From NCBI GenBank assembly GCA_016721115.1, contig JADKIW010000001.1:3506200-3570199 (forward strand): a stretch of DNA of 64,000 bases, read 5' to 3'. This document shows, piece after piece, positions 62,511 to 64,000 of this stretch (the stretch's first letter is position 1; every line of letters starts with the position of its first letter). The translations under genes and the position numbers were made by a program. The DNA comes from Candidatus Defluviilinea proxima (GTDB lineage: Bacteria; Chloroflexota; Anaerolineae; Anaerolineales; Villigracilaceae). The notes beneath the pieces were generated by a model. It had not been told where the DNA came from. It made no database searches and saw only the letters and a program-made list of their open reading frames with translations.

Positions 62511-63689
62511 TTACTTTAACAGGATGAGTGGGTTCTTGATCCCCATCTCTGAAATTTGCTCAACTATAGCTTGCTGGTGAAGCGTTGACGATATTAGTAT
62601 CGGTTCTGAATAATGATCAATCTGGTTCGGCGCCAATATCTTGACACCCCGAAATATTTTTCCTTGATTGATGGGATTGTTGTCCACAAATGCAATGACC
62701 TCAGCATCGGCGAGGGTGGTTTCTACAAGTAACTTCATGACGAGTTGACCCGTCCCCCAAACGATGATCCTTTTGTTCTGCGTCAGGGCTGTTGAAATTC
62801 TTGTGTTTATTTCATCCAGTATCTTGCGCGAACGTTGGATGTATGTTTCTATGCTGGAAGGGAGTGCTTCATCCTTGGTGATATCTGTGATTCTTGCATC
62901 CACTTTTGCAAAACAGAATATTGCTGGATATGGTTTGTTTGACGATGCAGGGATTATTTTTTCACCCCAACTTAATGGTTTAAATCCACTAAAACTTAGG
63001 AAATTCTTCAAACATGTTATAGAGAAATGATTTATGTGTTCTGTATTGAAGTCCTGGAATGGAGCGTCGACAAAATCCTTGTAGTGTGCGGCATCTGGCA
63101 CTTCGACATATAGGGTTGATGATGGTTTAGAGACTGCCAAGATCCACTCCGCCGCTGTTCGTAAATCTTGAATGTGCTCAAGCGTATGTGAAAGTATTAT
63201 ACAATCAAATTTTTCTTGTTCCAGCGCCTTATTAAGGGAACCGATTTGTGCTCTGACACCAAGGGCTTGGGTGTTCGCAACACAGATCGGGGATGGGTCA
63301 ATGCCCAGAACGTGATCATATCCAAGGTCTATCATGGCTTTTAATAACCCTCCATTTGCACATCCAACGTCTAATATACTGGCTTGGTCATTGTTGAGGA
63401 AACTGGCTATGTCTTTGGCTGTTTGAGTAAGCCTATCACGGTCCCATTGATTTTCGATGCCGCCCGTGCCGGTTTTCTTATCCTCGTATTTGGAAAATTG
63501 AGAATAGAACCTATCGTATTCATCCTGTGTGACAGATGTGTCCGCATACACAAATCCACATTGATCGCAGGAAACAACATCGTATCCTTCACTTAGCGGA
63601 TGGCCATCTGGTAGTATGAATTTTTGTGTATGAAGTTTTACTGCTTCACTGCTTGAGCATATGGGGCACGGACGCTTTGCGGTTGGCAT
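62511..63689 (-). CDS. Zinc-ribbon + class I SAM methyltransferase + C-terminal domain (sugar C-/O-methyltransferase-like)
   Basis: Contains CPICSS...CDQCGFVY and ILDVGCANGGLL. 392 aa. Confidence 0.7.
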   Translation of the reverse strand: MPTAKRPCPICSSSEAVKLHTQKFILPDGHPLSEGYDVVSCDQCGFVYADTSVTQDEYDRFYSQFSKYEDKKTGTGGIENQWDRDRLTQTAKDIASFLNNDQASILDVGCANGGLLKAMIDLGYDHVLGIDPSPICVANTQALGVRAQIGSLNKALEQEKFDCIILSHTLEHIQDLRTAAEWILAVSKPSSTLYVEVPDAAHYKDFVDAPFQDFNTEHINHFSITCLKNFLSFSGFKPLSWGEKIIPASSNKPYPAIFCFAKVDARITDITKDEALPSSIETYIQRSRKILDEINTRISTALTQNKRIIVWGTGQLVMKLLVETTLADAEVIAFVDNNPINQGKIFRGVKILAPNQIDHYSEPILISSTLHQQAIVEQISEMGIKNPLILLK

Positions 63690-63719
63690 TTGATCTGTCC
63701 TTGGTAGACAAAATGGTTA

Positions 63720-63983
63720 TTATTTTTGAGTTGAAAATAGAATGTAAATTGGATCATCCAGAATAGCCCTATCTGGTTGGTATTCTGGGGATTTAAGATT
63801 TGCCAAAGCTTTTAATAACGACGGGTCATGTAAGTTTATTCTGGTATTGGGGCCACCAATCAACACATCCTTGATGCGAATTGAGCCAATAACATTGCCA
63901 ATAAGCAAAAATGCAAAAATAAGTGTGACCAACGCAAGCCTCTTATGTTCCTTGAGAAACCATCTGCTTTTTGCGCGTGTCAA
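63720..63983 (-). CDS. Hypothetical small membrane-anchored protein (N-terminus uncertain, near the window edge)
   Basis: Track ORF only. It has one TM helix and no recognisable family. Confidence 0.25.
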   Translation of the reverse strand: MTRAKSRWFLKEHKRLALVTLIFAFLLIGNVIGSIRIKDVLIGGPNTRINLHDPSLLKALANLKSPEYQPDRAILDDPIYILFSTQK

Positions 63984-64000
63984 AAGAATTGTAATCCCGA

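Noticed and set aside
1-64000. Search for CRISPR arrays, IS elements, integrases, prophage genes, toxin-antitoxin pairs and rRNA
   Set aside because: Reading the window found no regularly spaced direct repeats, no transposase-, recombinase- or phage-like ORFs, and no rRNA-like sequence. The only mobile-looking segment is the AT-rich R-M island, which has no recombinase.

Overview
This is a 64-kb chromosomal segment with about 60 protein-coding genes and one tRNA (tRNA-His). No rRNA, CRISPR array, transposase or integrase was recognised. The gene content and the many fused architectures (cytochrome c/b fusion, SEDS-PBP fusion, FHA operon, multihaem cytochromes) suggest a Chloroflexota/Anaerolineae-like bacterium, but this is inference only.

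Layout, left to right:
- A truncated glycosyltransferase gene.
- An AT-rich island carrying a C-protein-controlled type II restriction-modification system, followed by a decayed acyl-CoA dehydrogenase remnant.
- A GH43 glycosidase.
- A minus-strand operon with Rieske and cytochrome c/b (bc complex) genes plus YwiC-like, DUF2007-like and DsrE/YedF-C-like genes.
- A TLC/MFS-HEAT-cNMP transporter fusion and a cyclophilin.
- The most interesting block, 13.7-20.2 kb. It is a tightly coupled ArsR - octahaem cytochrome (OTR-like) - heptahaem c/cytochrome b fusion - split YeeE/YedE - rhodanese operon. I propose it is an undescribed sulfur/selenium oxyanion respiration-plus-uptake module.
- An XRE-cupin regulator, an ABC-2 exporter and a lipoprotein hydrolase.
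- A full SUF Fe-S assembly locus (sufT-like, sufR-like, then divergently sufC, sufB, sufD, an unknown ORF, sufS, sufU and a Rieske ferredoxin). sufB carries an apparent single-base frameshift.
- hisS, a GNAT gene with an in-frame TGA, and tRNA-His.
- Glycogen genes glgA, glgC and malQ.
- msrB, ybaK-like, EamA, sodA and ferredoxin genes.
- An FHA/zinc-ribbon/MTAP/SEDS-PBP operon, with tandem SH3-proline-rich paralogs divergent from it.
- An A-type Fe-S carrier and an H+/Na+-pyrophosphatase.
- A lower-GC glycan-modification cluster (GT-C-like, UPF0104, GT2, NeuB-like, ThDP enzyme, two methyltransferases).

Several conserved genes look broken by single-base events, so assembly indel error must be excluded before any biological reading of those sites.
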